Made by a program: the position numbers and the translations under genes. A stretch of DNA of 52,227 bases, taken from a virus. This document shows, piece after piece, positions 15,374-24,954 of this stretch. A model generated the notes under the pieces. That model was not told the DNA's origin. It did not search any database and was given only the letters and a program-made list of their open reading frames with translations. Location: IMG/VR virus record IMGVR_UViG_3300020818_000003. One strand, written 5' to 3'. Positions within the stretch are counted from its first letter, which is position 1, and every line of letters begins with the position of its first letter.

Positions 15374-16601
15374 ACTTCCTCCTAAACTCATCCCTGTCTT
15401 TACTGGCGAGGCTCGTTACCGCGGATCATATGGTGGTCGAGGTTCAGCCAAGACAAGAAGCTTTGCTCTGATGAGCGCCGTTCGAGCTTATATGTTTGCT
15501 GAGGCAGGCGTATCAGGCGTGATTCTTGGTGCTCGTGAGTATATGAACTCGCTTGAAGAGTCGAGTATGGAAGAGGTTAAGCAGGCCATACGCTCCGTTC
15601 CATGGCTTGATGACTATTTCGATATCGGTGAGAAGTACATTCGCACCAAAAACCGCCTCGTCTGGTATGCCTTTTCCGGCTTACGCCACAACCTCGATAG
15701 CATCAAATCAAAAGCTCGCGTGCTAATAGCGTGGGTAGATGAGGCTGAGACTGTGAGCGAGGTGGCGTGGATAAAGCTTCTGCCAACCGTTCGTGAGGAC
15801 GGCTCGGAGGTTTGGGTAACATGGAACCCGGAGAAAGATGGCAGTCCGACTGACGATCGCTTTAGAAAGCACATGCCCGCCGGGGCGAAGATTGTCGAAC
15901 TGAACTATGCGGATAATCCTTGGTTTCCCGATGTGCTTGAACAAGAGCGCATTAATGACCGGGATCGGCTTGATGACCAAACATACGCATGGATATGGGA
16001 TGGTTCATACCGAGAGAATAGTGACGCACAGATACTTGCTGGGAAATATCGCGTAGCTGAGTTTGAGCCAGAATCCACATGGAACGGCCCTTACTTTGGA
16101 CTTGACTGGGGGTTCAGCCAAGACCCGACAGCAGGCGTTAAATGCTGGGTTAATGACAATAGATTATGGATTGAGTATGAGGCTGGGAAAGTTGGTTTAG
16201 AAAACGACGATATTGCCGACTACATGATCCAGCGTCTTCCTGGCATAGAGCTTCATGCAATTCGTGCTGATTCTGCCCGACCAGAAACAATCAGCCACGT
16301 GCGCTCTGATGGTCGCGGCATTCGCAAAAGCCTCCCTCGCATTACTGGCGTGGATAAATGGAAGGGCAGCGTAGAAGACGGAATAGCGCATCTTCGCAGC
16401 TACAAAGAAATAATCATTCATCCTCGCTGCTCCATGTGGCTGAAAGAAGCCCGCATGTATAGCTATAAAACGGATCGCCTTACTGGCGACGTTCTCACTG
16501 ACATCATTGATGCGAATAACCACTTCATGGATGGCACGCGTTACGCGCTATCGCCACTCATCAAGCGCAAAGGCGCTACGGTTCGCCCATTTTCTGCTTA
16601 A
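15354..16601 (+). CDS. Terminase large subunit (PBSX/Terminase_3-like, headful type)
   Basis: 415 aa. Walker A-like YGGRGSAKT, and Walker B-like VLIAWVDEAE. Confidence 0.85.
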   Translation: MTTAQIELPPKLIPVFTGEARYRGSYGGRGSAKTRSFALMSAVRAYMFAEAGVSGVILGAREYMNSLEESSMEEVKQAIRSVPWLDDYFDIGEKYIRTKNRLVWYAFSGLRHNLDSIKSKARVLIAWVDEAETVSEVAWIKLLPTVREDGSEVWVTWNPEKDGSPTDDRFRKHMPAGAKIVELNYADNPWFPDVLEQERINDRDRLDDQTYAWIWDGSYRENSDAQILAGKYRVAEFEPESTWNGPYFGLDWGFSQDPTAGVKCWVNDNRLWIEYEAGKVGLENDDIADYMIQRLPGIELHAIRADSARPETISHVRSDGRGIRKSLPRITGVDKWKGSVEDGIAHLRSYKEIIIHPRCSMWLKEARMYSYKTDRLTGDVLTDIIDANNHFMDGTRYALSPLIKRKGATVRPFSA

Positions 16602-16613
16602 TTGGACAATAAA

Positions 16614-18008
16614 ATGACTGATGACGTTCGTAAAAGGTCAGCAAAAATCGAGGCCATCGCCACGTGCTGGCCGATGATTACTGCCTTGCTCGGCGGCACA
16701 CCAGCAATGCGGGAAGCAGGTAAGACCTATTTGCCACAATGGCCGAATGAGGATGATGGCTTTTACAAAAACAGGAAAGACACGGCGACACTCTTCCCGG
16801 CATTTCCTCGCACGGTTGAAGTGTTAAGTGGCAAGCCTTTCTCTCGCCCGATTACGTTCGGCGAAGACATTCCAGAATCAATTAAGAAGATGTTTGAAGA
16901 CATCGACTTGCAAGGCACCAATCTGCATAGCTTTCTGGCAAACGTCTGCGAGGCGGCTCTCGGGTACGGTATTGCAGGCATTCTGGTTGATTATCCACAC
17001 TCGGAAGGCGTCAAAACCATCGCAGAAGAAAAGGCGCTTGGACTCCGGCCTTACTTTGTGAAGATTGACGCCGAGAGCCTCTTGGATTTCCAGTCCAAGC
17101 GCATCAATGGTCTTGAGACGATCACCAAGCTTCGGTTTGTGGAGATGGTCGCTGAAGCATCACCTGAAAGCGAGTTCAAAGAAGAAATCATTGAGCAGGT
17201 GAGGGTACTGGATATTGGCCGGTGGCGTACTTACCGCAAGAAAGAAGACCCTCAAACGCGAGAAGTGAAATGGATGCTTTATGAAGAGGGCACCACCAGC
17301 CTTCAGAAGATCCCCTTCGTGCCAATTTATGGCGAGAAGATTGGCTTCATGCGCTCACGCCCCCCGATGGCAGAACTTGCCTACCTGAACGTAGAACACT
17401 GGCAGACGAAAAGCGACCAGCAGACCATTCTGCATGTCGCCCGTGTACCAATCCTGTTCGGAAAGGGGATGGATAGCGACCAAGACATCACAGTCGGTGC
17501 TGCAAGCGCGGTAATTTCTGACAAAGATAATGCCGACCTTAAGTATGTTGAGCACTCAGGCAAGGCAATTGAGTCAGGCCGCCTCTACATACTCGACCTT
17601 GAAGATAAGATGCGTCAAATCGGCGCAGAACTCCTCGTGGTTAAGCCAGGACGGATCACAGTCGCTCAGACTATGGCTGAGGATGAGTCTGGAACCTGTG
17701 CATTGCAACGCATCGTTGGAGACTTGCAGGATGCCGCAAATCAGGCGCTTCAGTTGCTCGCTGACTGGATTAAGGAGTCACAATGTGGGCATATCTCCAT
17801 CTTCCGCGACTTCGGCGCAGCATCTCTTGCAGAAGCATCAGCTGATATTCTGATGGAAATGAATGTAGCCGGAACGCTCTCTAATGAAACACTGTTCAGC
17901 GAAATCCAGCGCCGAGGGATGATTAGTCCTGAAGTGAAATGGAGCGATGAGCAAGAGAAGATTAAATCTCAACCGCCTAAGCCGGGAACTACTCAGCTCA
18001 GCGCGTAA
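16614..18008 (+). CDS. Portal protein
   Basis: 464 aa, immediately after TerL. Called by size and position. The ORF-track start at 16602 is TTG. Confidence 0.7.
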   Translation: MTDDVRKRSAKIEAIATCWPMITALLGGTPAMREAGKTYLPQWPNEDDGFYKNRKDTATLFPAFPRTVEVLSGKPFSRPITFGEDIPESIKKMFEDIDLQGTNLHSFLANVCEAALGYGIAGILVDYPHSEGVKTIAEEKALGLRPYFVKIDAESLLDFQSKRINGLETITKLRFVEMVAEASPESEFKEEIIEQVRVLDIGRWRTYRKKEDPQTREVKWMLYEEGTTSLQKIPFVPIYGEKIGFMRSRPPMAELAYLNVEHWQTKSDQQTILHVARVPILFGKGMDSDQDITVGAASAVISDKDNADLKYVEHSGKAIESGRLYILDLEDKMRQIGAELLVVKPGRITVAQTMAEDESGTCALQRIVGDLQDAANQALQLLADWIKESQCGHISIFRDFGAASLAEASADILMEMNVAGTLSNETLFSEIQRRGMISPEVKWSDEQEKIKSQPPKPGTTQLSA

Positions 18009-18025
18009 GTAATTCACCCCATACC

Positions 18026-18053
18026 AGCCCATGCATAACGCGTGGGCTTTTTT
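18026..18053 (+). terminator. Intrinsic terminator after the portal gene
   Basis: agcccatgc-ataac-gcgtgggct followed by ttttt. Confidence 0.65.
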
Positions 18054-18116
18054 ATTGCTGAAACCTGCGGATGCAGACCAGCGCACCGAGTCGGATGGCT
18101 CACGAAATAAGGTTGG

Positions 18117-18878
18117 ATGACCAGTATGAAACTGAAACTCGACGAACAAGGCCATGTAGTTGTTCAAGATGGCAAGCCTGTATACGTGCATGACGATGGC
18201 AAAGAAGTGGCTTTCGATGCAGTGGGTACTGTAGCAACAATTTCACGCCTTAACGGTGAAGCCAAATCACATCGAGAACGCGCTGAAACTGCTGAAACAG
18301 CACTGAAATCCTTCGATGGGATTGCAGACCCTGCCGCAGCGAAAAAAGCTCTCGAAACCCTGAAAAACTTCGACGACAAAAAGCTGGTGGATGCCGGTGA
18401 AGTCGAAAAGGTCAAGCTCGAGGCTATCAAGGCTGTTGAAGAAAAATACGCTCCCGTTCTCAAAGAGCGTGATGACCTGAATGCGGCACTGGTAAACGAA
18501 AAAGTCGGTGGCAGCTTCTCCCGCTCCAAGTTCATTACCGAAAAACTCGCAATTCCTTTCGACCTGGCAGAAGCACGTTTCGGTAGCAATTTCAAGCTTG
18601 AAGGTGGCGAAGTTGTTGCATACGACAAAGCAGGCAACAAATTGTTCAGCCGCAGCAACCCAGGTGAAGTCGCGAAGTTTGATGAAGCCATGGAAATCCT
18701 CGTCGAGCATTACCCGTACAAAGACCAAATCCTCAAAGGCACCGGTTCATCCGGTTCGGGTGCTCAAGGCGGCGGTAGTGGTTCGGGCGCTAAAACAATT
18801 ACTCGCACCCAGTTTGAATCTCTGAGCCCTCAAGAACAAAGCGCTCAGGCGATTGCTGGCGTTCAAATTACCGATTAA
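18117..18878 (+). CDS. Scaffolding protein
   Basis: 253 aa, highly charged and helical, with a Gly/Ser-rich C-terminal tract. Lies between the portal and coat genes. No protease gene is present. Confidence 0.6.
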   Translation: MTSMKLKLDEQGHVVVQDGKPVYVHDDGKEVAFDAVGTVATISRLNGEAKSHRERAETAETALKSFDGIADPAAAKKALETLKNFDDKKLVDAGEVEKVKLEAIKAVEEKYAPVLKERDDLNAALVNEKVGGSFSRSKFITEKLAIPFDLAEARFGSNFKLEGGEVVAYDKAGNKLFSRSNPGEVAKFDEAMEILVEHYPYKDQILKGTGSSGSGAQGGGSGSGAKTITRTQFESLSPQEQSAQAIAGVQITD

Positions 18879-18893
18879 TAGGAAATAAACTCG

Positions 18894-20018
18894 ATGTCCA
18901 ACACTTTAACCAGCCTTATTCCAGACCTGTACGCATCATTGGACGTCGTGTCCCGCGAACTGTCTGGCTTTATTCCATCCGTAACCATGGATGCCACAGC
19001 AGAACGCGCTTCTCTTAATCAGGCGATCCGCATTCCGATCACTCCAGCATCACCCGCTGAAAACGTATCTCCGGGTCAGTTGCCACCAGACGACGGCGAC
19101 CAGATCATCAGTAACATCCCGTTCTCGATCACCAAATCCCGCATGGTTCCATTCCGCTGGACTGGTGAAGAACAAAAAGGCCTCGTTACCGGTCCGGGCT
19201 ATGCAAACATTCGCCGCGACCAGATTTCTCAGGCGATGCGTACTCTGGTAAACGAAATCGAAGTGGACTTGGGCAACCTTGCTTTCCTGTCCTCTCGTGC
19301 ATCTGGCACTGCGGGAACAACTCCGTTTGCAACGAACCTCGGCGATACCGCACAGGTTCGTAAAATCCTGTCTGATAACGGTGCTCCGCTGAGCGACCTG
19401 CAATGCGTGATTGACACCACTTCCGGTGCATCACTGCGTACTCTGGCTCAATTGACCAAAGCGAACGAAGCCGGTACTACCGCTCTGCGTGCTCAGGGTA
19501 CATTGCTGGAACTGCATGGCTTTACTATCCGTGAATCTGCGGGCGTGGCATCACACACTCCGGGCACCGGTGCAAGCTATGTGACTAACGGCGCTCTGGC
19601 CGTTGGTGCAACCGTCATTCCCGCTCAGACCGGTACCGGCACAATTCTGGCTGGTGACGTTGTGACTATCGGCGCATTCAAATACGTCGTTACCACAGCA
19701 TTGTCTGGTGGTTCATTCACCATCGGCGCACCGGGCTTGCGTGCCGCTGTAGCAACTGGCGCTACCATCACCGGCGTTTCAGCATTCACTGCTAACTTTG
19801 CGTTCAGCCGCTCTGCGATTGTTCTGGCAACTCGTGCTCCTGCCCTGCCGGAAGAAGGCGATATGGCTGATGACCGCATCATGATCCAAGACCCGCGCAC
19901 CGGTATGGCGTTCGAAGTCTCCATGTACAAACAGTATCGTCGCGTTCGCTACGAAATTGCTGCTGCTTGGGGCTGCCAGAACATCAAGCCTGCTCACACT
20001 GCAATCCTGCTGGGTTAA
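18894..20018 (+). CDS. Major capsid protein
   Basis: 374 aa, follows the scaffold gene. Strong codon usage. Confidence 0.75.
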   Translation: MSNTLTSLIPDLYASLDVVSRELSGFIPSVTMDATAERASLNQAIRIPITPASPAENVSPGQLPPDDGDQIISNIPFSITKSRMVPFRWTGEEQKGLVTGPGYANIRRDQISQAMRTLVNEIEVDLGNLAFLSSRASGTAGTTPFATNLGDTAQVRKILSDNGAPLSDLQCVIDTTSGASLRTLAQLTKANEAGTTALRAQGTLLELHGFTIRESAGVASHTPGTGASYVTNGALAVGATVIPAQTGTGTILAGDVVTIGAFKYVVTTALSGGSFTIGAPGLRAAVATGATITGVSAFTANFAFSRSAIVLATRAPALPEEGDMADDRIMIQDPRTGMAFEVSMYKQYRRVRYEIAAAWGCQNIKPAHTAILLG

Positions 20019-20068
20019 TCAAGCCTGCCGCTGGGCAACTGGCGGCGCTTTAATTTTGGAGATTCTAC

Positions 20069-20239
20069 ATGGCTAAGAAAGCTGATGGCACCGATGACGG
20101 TCAGCCAGAAATCGCATTTGTAACAATGGTACGTGATGCCGATGTTCATCCGGCACCGCACGAAGCACAAGTTCACCCAGACGAAGTGAAGAACTACTAT
20201 TCCGGCGGCTGGTTAGAGAAGAAAGACGAGGCTAAATAA
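20069..20239 (+). CDS. Small hypothetical head-module protein (56 aa)
   Basis: TGGAGA RBS. MAKKADGTDDGQPEIAFVTMVRDADVH... TAATG overlap with the next gene. Confidence 0.5.
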   Translation: MAKKADGTDDGQPEIAFVTMVRDADVHPAPHEAQVHPDEVKNYYSGGWLEKKDEAK

Positions 20240-20631
20240 TGCTAACCGATCAGCAACTGGCAGACACGAGGCGTTTTGCGGGTTACCCGATGCTTGGCGA
20301 CACCGTTGCTGATAATAGCCGCGATTTCGCCTATGGCTGGGTATCACCTGGCACGTGGCAAACTCTTTATCACCGCTTAACAAACCTAAGGCCGGAAGAA
20401 GAAACTATTCTCGTTAACTTTCTGACCAAGATAAGCGGACTGGAAACGGCGGTGACTGATTCAAGCGACAACCTCGATACAGATCAGGCTGCCGTTTGGT
20501 TTCATAACAAGAATGAAGTGAGTGACCGAATGAAGCTTTACAACCTCTGGCGACGCCAGATGTGTGAATTCATCGGTATTGCACCGGGGCCGAACCTTGG
20601 TCAGGGCGGAACGCGACTTGTAAGGGGCTGA
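20239..20631 (+). CDS. Hypothetical virion protein (head-tail joining region)
   Basis: 130 aa. Function inferred from position only. Confidence 0.55.
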   Translation: MLTDQQLADTRRFAGYPMLGDTVADNSRDFAYGWVSPGTWQTLYHRLTNLRPEEETILVNFLTKISGLETAVTDSSDNLDTDQAAVWFHNKNEVSDRMKLYNLWRRQMCEFIGIAPGPNLGQGGTRLVRG

Positions 20632-20632
20632 T

Positions 20633-21274
20633 ATGGACGCTGCAAAGCTGAGAAACAAAGTCTATATCGGCTACGGTAAAGCAGCGCAGAGGATTGGCTA
20701 CGTGGCTCAGCAGTTCAGGGCTACCAGCGCATTCAATCCACTGCAAACTACGCCATTACAGTCGCTCAATGCCTCATTCACTACCAATTTCAGCTACAGC
20801 GCACCGAACAAATACGGGCAGGCGACATGGCTTGGTGTATTCGACGGGCGGCAGTTCGTTGTCGGGGATTTTCTTTCCAACGCCGAAGACGGCGTGTTCT
20901 TCGTGGCCGCAATGCAAACTACGCTGCCCATCTACTGTGTTCAGTGCAACCGGACCATTTCGGTTTTACGGACAAGTCAGAAAGATGCGGGTGGGGTGAT
21001 CGGCTACGGCGGCACAACGGCAGAAAACGAAGTTGCGCTGATGACTGGATGGCCTGCGAGCATACTTAATGGCACGAAGGGCGAGAAATCACCGGTCAAC
21101 CTGCCTGCTGATGCAAAAACGCCGTGGTATTTGCTGCTGTTTCCATCCTACGGCGCCATCACCCTGCGAACGAGCGACATCATCACCGATGACATCGGGC
21201 GCAGATACATAGTTTCCAGCGCTGAACTCACTGATATGGGGTGGCGTGTAACTGCCATGCAAGGATTGGTGTGA
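20633..21274 (+). CDS. Hypothetical virion protein (head-tail joining region)
   Basis: 213 aa. Function inferred from position only. Confidence 0.55.
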   Translation: MDAAKLRNKVYIGYGKAAQRIGYVAQQFRATSAFNPLQTTPLQSLNASFTTNFSYSAPNKYGQATWLGVFDGRQFVVGDFLSNAEDGVFFVAAMQTTLPIYCVQCNRTISVLRTSQKDAGGVIGYGGTTAENEVALMTGWPASILNGTKGEKSPVNLPADAKTPWYLLLFPSYGAITLRTSDIITDDIGRRYIVSSAELTDMGWRVTAMQGLV

Positions 21275-21275
21275 T

Positions 21276-22097
21276 ATGGCTGACCAATCAGACGTAATGA
21301 ACTTGCTTGCGGCTAAGGCTGCTGCAGTGGCTTACCCGAATGGAACCGGCGCACCGAGCATTACCGGTTCTATCGTGAAAGTTTACCCAGGCTGGCCGGT
21401 GCCGAATAAGCTTCAAACTGACATCAACGCGGGCGGCGTGCACATCTCCATTTATCCACTGCCCACCGAGAAGAAAATCAGTTCAACGCTTGGCAGGCCT
21501 TATCGTGTGATCACCACCGGAACGCCAACGTTAACCGCAACCGTATCGGGACAGACCGTTACCTTCAGCGGCGCAGTATCAACGCCAACGAACGTCTACT
21601 TCCTGATTGATAAAGTCGGCTATCACTACTCAGTCCAGAGCAGTGACACATTGACGTCCATCGCCACTGCAATGGCAATTCAAATAGCCGGAGCAGCGAG
21701 TATTGGCGCTGTCGTGACAATACCAAACGGGATTTCAATCGTGGCTCGTACTGGTGGTATCGGTACGGCAGCCAGAGAGCTACGCAGACAGGCGAAAGAC
21801 TTCCAGATAACCATCTGGGCACCTACGCCAGCGCTGCGCGACACGATAGCTTCAGCGCTCGATATAGCCCTATCAGGAGAGAGTAATATTTCACTCTCCG
21901 ACGGCGCGCCGGCGTACATGGTCTACACCCGATCATTTCAGTCAGACGCCAGTGAGAACTATCTCGTCTACCGGCGTGACTTTGTTTACACGGTGAATTA
22001 CGCAACAACCCAAACAATCGATGCCGCTCAGGTCGTCGCGCCTGTCATGCATATTGCAGACACATCAAACAACCCCATCAAAACAATTCTGGAGTAA
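21276..22097 (+). CDS. Hypothetical virion protein (head-tail joining region)
   Basis: 273 aa. Function inferred from position only. Confidence 0.55.
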   Translation: MADQSDVMNLLAAKAAAVAYPNGTGAPSITGSIVKVYPGWPVPNKLQTDINAGGVHISIYPLPTEKKISSTLGRPYRVITTGTPTLTATVSGQTVTFSGAVSTPTNVYFLIDKVGYHYSVQSSDTLTSIATAMAIQIAGAASIGAVVTIPNGISIVARTGGIGTAARELRRQAKDFQITIWAPTPALRDTIASALDIALSGESNISLSDGAPAYMVYTRSFQSDASENYLVYRRDFVYTVNYATTQTIDAAQVVAPVMHIADTSNNPIKTILE

Positions 22098-22100
22098 ACC

Positions 22101-22298
22101 ATGGCAGATTCAGACGATTTGGCACCTGTTGCCACTTCAACCGCAGCCAGCGCATCGACCAAGAGCCTTGGCTTTATCCTGGTTGTTCGCCACGCCTTTG
22201 CTGATTACCAAACCGGTGAAGAGATTACGGAAGTATCACTGATTAAAGAGATTATCGAAGGCGAGCAGGCTGTATACGTGATTAAACGCGCCGCTTAA
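22101..22298 (+). CDS. Small hypothetical protein
   Basis: 65 aa, precedes the terminator and the sheath gene. Confidence 0.5.
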   Translation: MADSDDLAPVATSTAASASTKSLGFILVVRHAFADYQTGEEITEVSLIKEIIEGEQAVYVIKRAA

Positions 22299-22322
22299 AA
22301 CCTCTCCCTAAATTCACATCAG

Positions 22323-22346
22323 AACCCGCCTTGAGCGGGTTTTTTA
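22323..22346 (+). terminator. Intrinsic terminator upstream of the sheath gene
   Basis: aacccgc-cttga-gcgggtt followed by a T-run. Part of a repeated terminator-RBS cassette. Confidence 0.7.
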
Positions 22347-22359
22347 TTGGAGTAAAAAC

Positions 22360-23904
22360 ATGCCGATTTATCAGTCAGGCAGTTTAAATACGACGGCGCT
22401 CACGGCTCCTGATTTGTACGTTCAGGTGGTGGCTCCGCAAACCCGCTATATCAACGGCGTTGCCACTGATGGTCTCGGTATTGTAGGGATTGGCAGTTGG
22501 GGGCCAGTAAACAGCGCTTATCTCATCGGCTCAGCTAACGATCAGACTCAATATCTCGGTGCTGAGCAGGTAAGGAAATATGACCTTTCCACTGCGGTAG
22601 CCATTTCTCTTCAACTGGGTGCAACAAACATTAACGCCGTACGCGTAACAGATGGCACTGATGTAGCGGCAAGCATCCCGCTGAAAGACGTGGCAACAAC
22701 TCCGGTAACCGGCGCAACGCTTACCGCTATCTACACCGGCACACGTGGTAATACGATGCAGGCAGCGATTACGGCCGGCACCGCGAACAACACGTTCAAA
22801 CTGACGATTAATCTGCCTGGTCAAAGCGCGGAGGTGTTCGATAACATCGCAGGAACCGGCGCAACACTCTGGGCGAATTTGGTCAGTGCTGTGAACAACG
22901 GTCAAACAAGTGTTCGTGGTGCAAGTCAGTTGGCTGTGGCAACTATCGGCACGAGTACCGCTCTGCCAAACGTCACGCTGACATATACGCTAACCGGCGG
23001 TACCGACGGTGTTGCCACCATCACTGATACCGTCTTGCTCGGCACAGACGGCACAAGCACTACCCGCAAGGGGATGTATGCGCTGCGCGGCACTAACTCG
23101 CAGGTAATTAACCTTGTAGATGTGACCGACACTACGTCATGGCCTACCATGTCGACCTTTGCGCTGGCTGAAGGCTCTTATGCTATCGGGCAGGGCGCGG
23201 CAGGCACCACCTATGCGGCACTGGCAACTTTGCTCAACACTGCAGGCGTGGACAGCTACGCTTTCAAAGCCATCGTCGGCGACTGGGCTTATTGGAAAGA
23301 CACGGTTAATGGTGTTAATCGCATGATTGCTCCGGCAACCTTCGAGGCTGCCAATATCGCGTCACGCGCCCCGCACATCTCAACGCTGAATAAATCCATC
23401 AGCACTGTAATTTCCACGCAGCGGAATCTGGCTAATCAGCCTTATTCCAACGCTGAAATCGGCGCAATTAACTCGGCGCGTTTAGACGTCATCACCAACC
23501 CTTGTCCGGGCGGTAACTACTACGGCATGCGGTCAGGTCGAAATACCAGTTCTCTGACTTCGACCAACGATGATACCTACACCCGTATGACCAACTATCT
23601 GGCTCTGACGCTGGCATCCAGTTTCGGTGACGTGGTAGGCCAGAACCAGACGGTCGAGTTGCGCCGTGAAACAAAAAGCACCATTGAGTCGTTCCTGTCT
23701 AACCTTGAACTGCAAGGCATGATTGGTGATCCGAATGGTGGTCCAGCGTTCTCTGTGAAAATCGACGCTTCCAACAACCCAGACTCTCAAGTCGCGCTGG
23801 GCTACATGATCGCCGACGTACAGGTCAAATACCTCAACGTGGTTCGCTACTTCCTGATCAACCTGGAAGGCGGCGGCAGCGTCTCCGTCACTGTTTCTAA
23901 CTAA
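22360..23904 (+). CDS. Tail sheath protein
   Basis: 514 aa, followed by the tube, chaperone and tape-measure genes. Typical size and order for a contractile tail. Confidence 0.8.
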   Translation: MPIYQSGSLNTTALTAPDLYVQVVAPQTRYINGVATDGLGIVGIGSWGPVNSAYLIGSANDQTQYLGAEQVRKYDLSTAVAISLQLGATNINAVRVTDGTDVAASIPLKDVATTPVTGATLTAIYTGTRGNTMQAAITAGTANNTFKLTINLPGQSAEVFDNIAGTGATLWANLVSAVNNGQTSVRGASQLAVATIGTSTALPNVTLTYTLTGGTDGVATITDTVLLGTDGTSTTRKGMYALRGTNSQVINLVDVTDTTSWPTMSTFALAEGSYAIGQGAAGTTYAALATLLNTAGVDSYAFKAIVGDWAYWKDTVNGVNRMIAPATFEAANIASRAPHISTLNKSISTVISTQRNLANQPYSNAEIGAINSARLDVITNPCPGGNYYGMRSGRNTSSLTSTNDDTYTRMTNYLALTLASSFGDVVGQNQTVELRRETKSTIESFLSNLELQGMIGDPNGGPAFSVKIDASNNPDSQVALGYMIADVQVKYLNVVRYFLINLEGGGSVSVTVSN

Positions 23905-23915
23905 TACCCCCTAGA

Positions 23916-23939
23916 CCCGCTTCGGCGGGCTTTCTTTTT
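23916..23939 (+). terminator. Weak or leaky terminator between sheath and tube
   Basis: cccgc-ttcg-gcggg followed by ctttcttttt. Confidence 0.5.
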
Positions 23940-23950
23940 GGAGTGCGCAA

Positions 23951-24382
23951 ATGCCTAGCCTTGGTTACACAATGGGTCGTGATGTCGCCGTCGACATCAA
24001 CACGCCTACCGGAAAACTTCGAATTCCTAAAATCATGGACTTCGACTCAAAACCTCAGTTAACCACCAACAAAATCACGCCGCTTAACGGCATCACCGAT
24101 GAATTGCAAATCCCTACCGGCTGGAATGGCACCATCACTGCTAAGCGCATGGATGGGACGCTCGATGACTTCTGGGCGCAGTGGGAAGATAACTACTTCA
24201 ACGGTATCGACCAGCAGCGCGGCACCATCACCGAAACCATCACCGAATCTGACGGCACAGTAAGCGTATATCGTTATGAGGGTGTTTCGTATCACCTTAC
24301 TGATGCAGGTAAGAAATCCGGTGACAAAGAAGTCGACCAAGTCCTCTCCTGGACTGCAAACCGCCGTAAGAAAGTCGGCTGA
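23951..24382 (+). CDS. Tail tube protein
   Basis: 143 aa, immediately after the sheath gene. Confidence 0.75.
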   Translation: MPSLGYTMGRDVAVDINTPTGKLRIPKIMDFDSKPQLTTNKITPLNGITDELQIPTGWNGTITAKRMDGTLDDFWAQWEDNYFNGIDQQRGTITETITESDGTVSVYRYEGVSYHLTDAGKKSGDKEVDQVLSWTANRRKKVG

Positions 24383-24394
24383 TAAGGGAATTAA

Positions 24395-24775
24395 ATGACT
24401 AATTTAAAAGTGCATCAGAACCCAGAAGAAAAAGCGCCGGTAACAGCGGAAGAAAAGCCAAATCAGGTTGTTGACGCAAAAGGGCGCGTGATCAAATTAC
24501 GCGACCTGAATCCTCTGCAGGAGTCGCGGATTATCCTTGCTGTCGGTTCTGAGGCTGCAACCAATAACGTCTACATGTATACCTTCGCTTTCCCTGCCGC
24601 AAAGGTTGAGAGCATTGATGGTGATGAGTACGCTTGCCCGTCAAATCAAGCACAAATTGATGGCATGATCACCATTCTTGGAAAAGAAGGAATGGCGGCA
24701 GTTCTATCTCATTTCAATGAACTTGCAGAGGCGGCGATTGCGGCAAAAGATGGGCAGGCTGCAATAAAAAACTAG
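24395..24775 (+). CDS. Tail assembly chaperone (G-like)
   Basis: 126 aa between the tube and tape-measure genes. A slippery heptamer lies two codons before its stop. Confidence 0.7.
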   Translation: MTNLKVHQNPEEKAPVTAEEKPNQVVDAKGRVIKLRDLNPLQESRIILAVGSEAATNNVYMYTFAFPAAKVESIDGDEYACPSNQAQIDGMITILGKEGMAAVLSHFNELAEAAIAAKDGQAAIKN

Positions 24776-24954
24776 CACAGAACCCCGATTTTCGAGGCAG
24801 GTGCTGGATTATGAAAAACGGGGTTCCGTTCAGTGTCGCTTTTGACGTTGAAACTCTCATGCCTCATGAGAGGGATGCAATGTCTATCGTGTTTTCGGAG
24901 TTTGAAGGCGGAAAGTTCAACTGGCATTCGTGGGAATGGGAGAAACAAGAATGA
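24395..24954 (+). CDS. Chaperone -1 frameshift product (GT-like; join 24395..24772 with 24772..24954)
   Basis: The -1 extension reads KKLAQNPDFRGRCWIMKNGVPFSVAFDVETLMPHERDAMSIVFSEFEGGKFNWHSWEWEKQE*. It ends in an ATGA overlap with the next gene. Confidence 0.55.
24766..24772 (+). promoter_or_regulatory. Candidate -1 programmed ribosomal frameshift site A_AAA_AAC
   Basis: The zero frame reads ...gca ata aaa aac tag. The heptamer aaaaaac fits X_XXY_YYZ. The -1 frame stays open for 60 more codons. Confidence 0.6.

Noticed and set aside
18164-18728. 175-aa and 153-aa reverse-strand ORFs inside the scaffold gene
   Set aside because: They are antisense to a well-supported structural gene, their products are low complexity (Ser/Ala/Leu/Phe-rich), and they have no RBS.
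20028-20055. Hairpin after the major capsid gene as a terminator
   Set aside because: It has only a 5-bp stem with a 10-nt loop and an interrupted T-tract. At most it is a weak attenuator.
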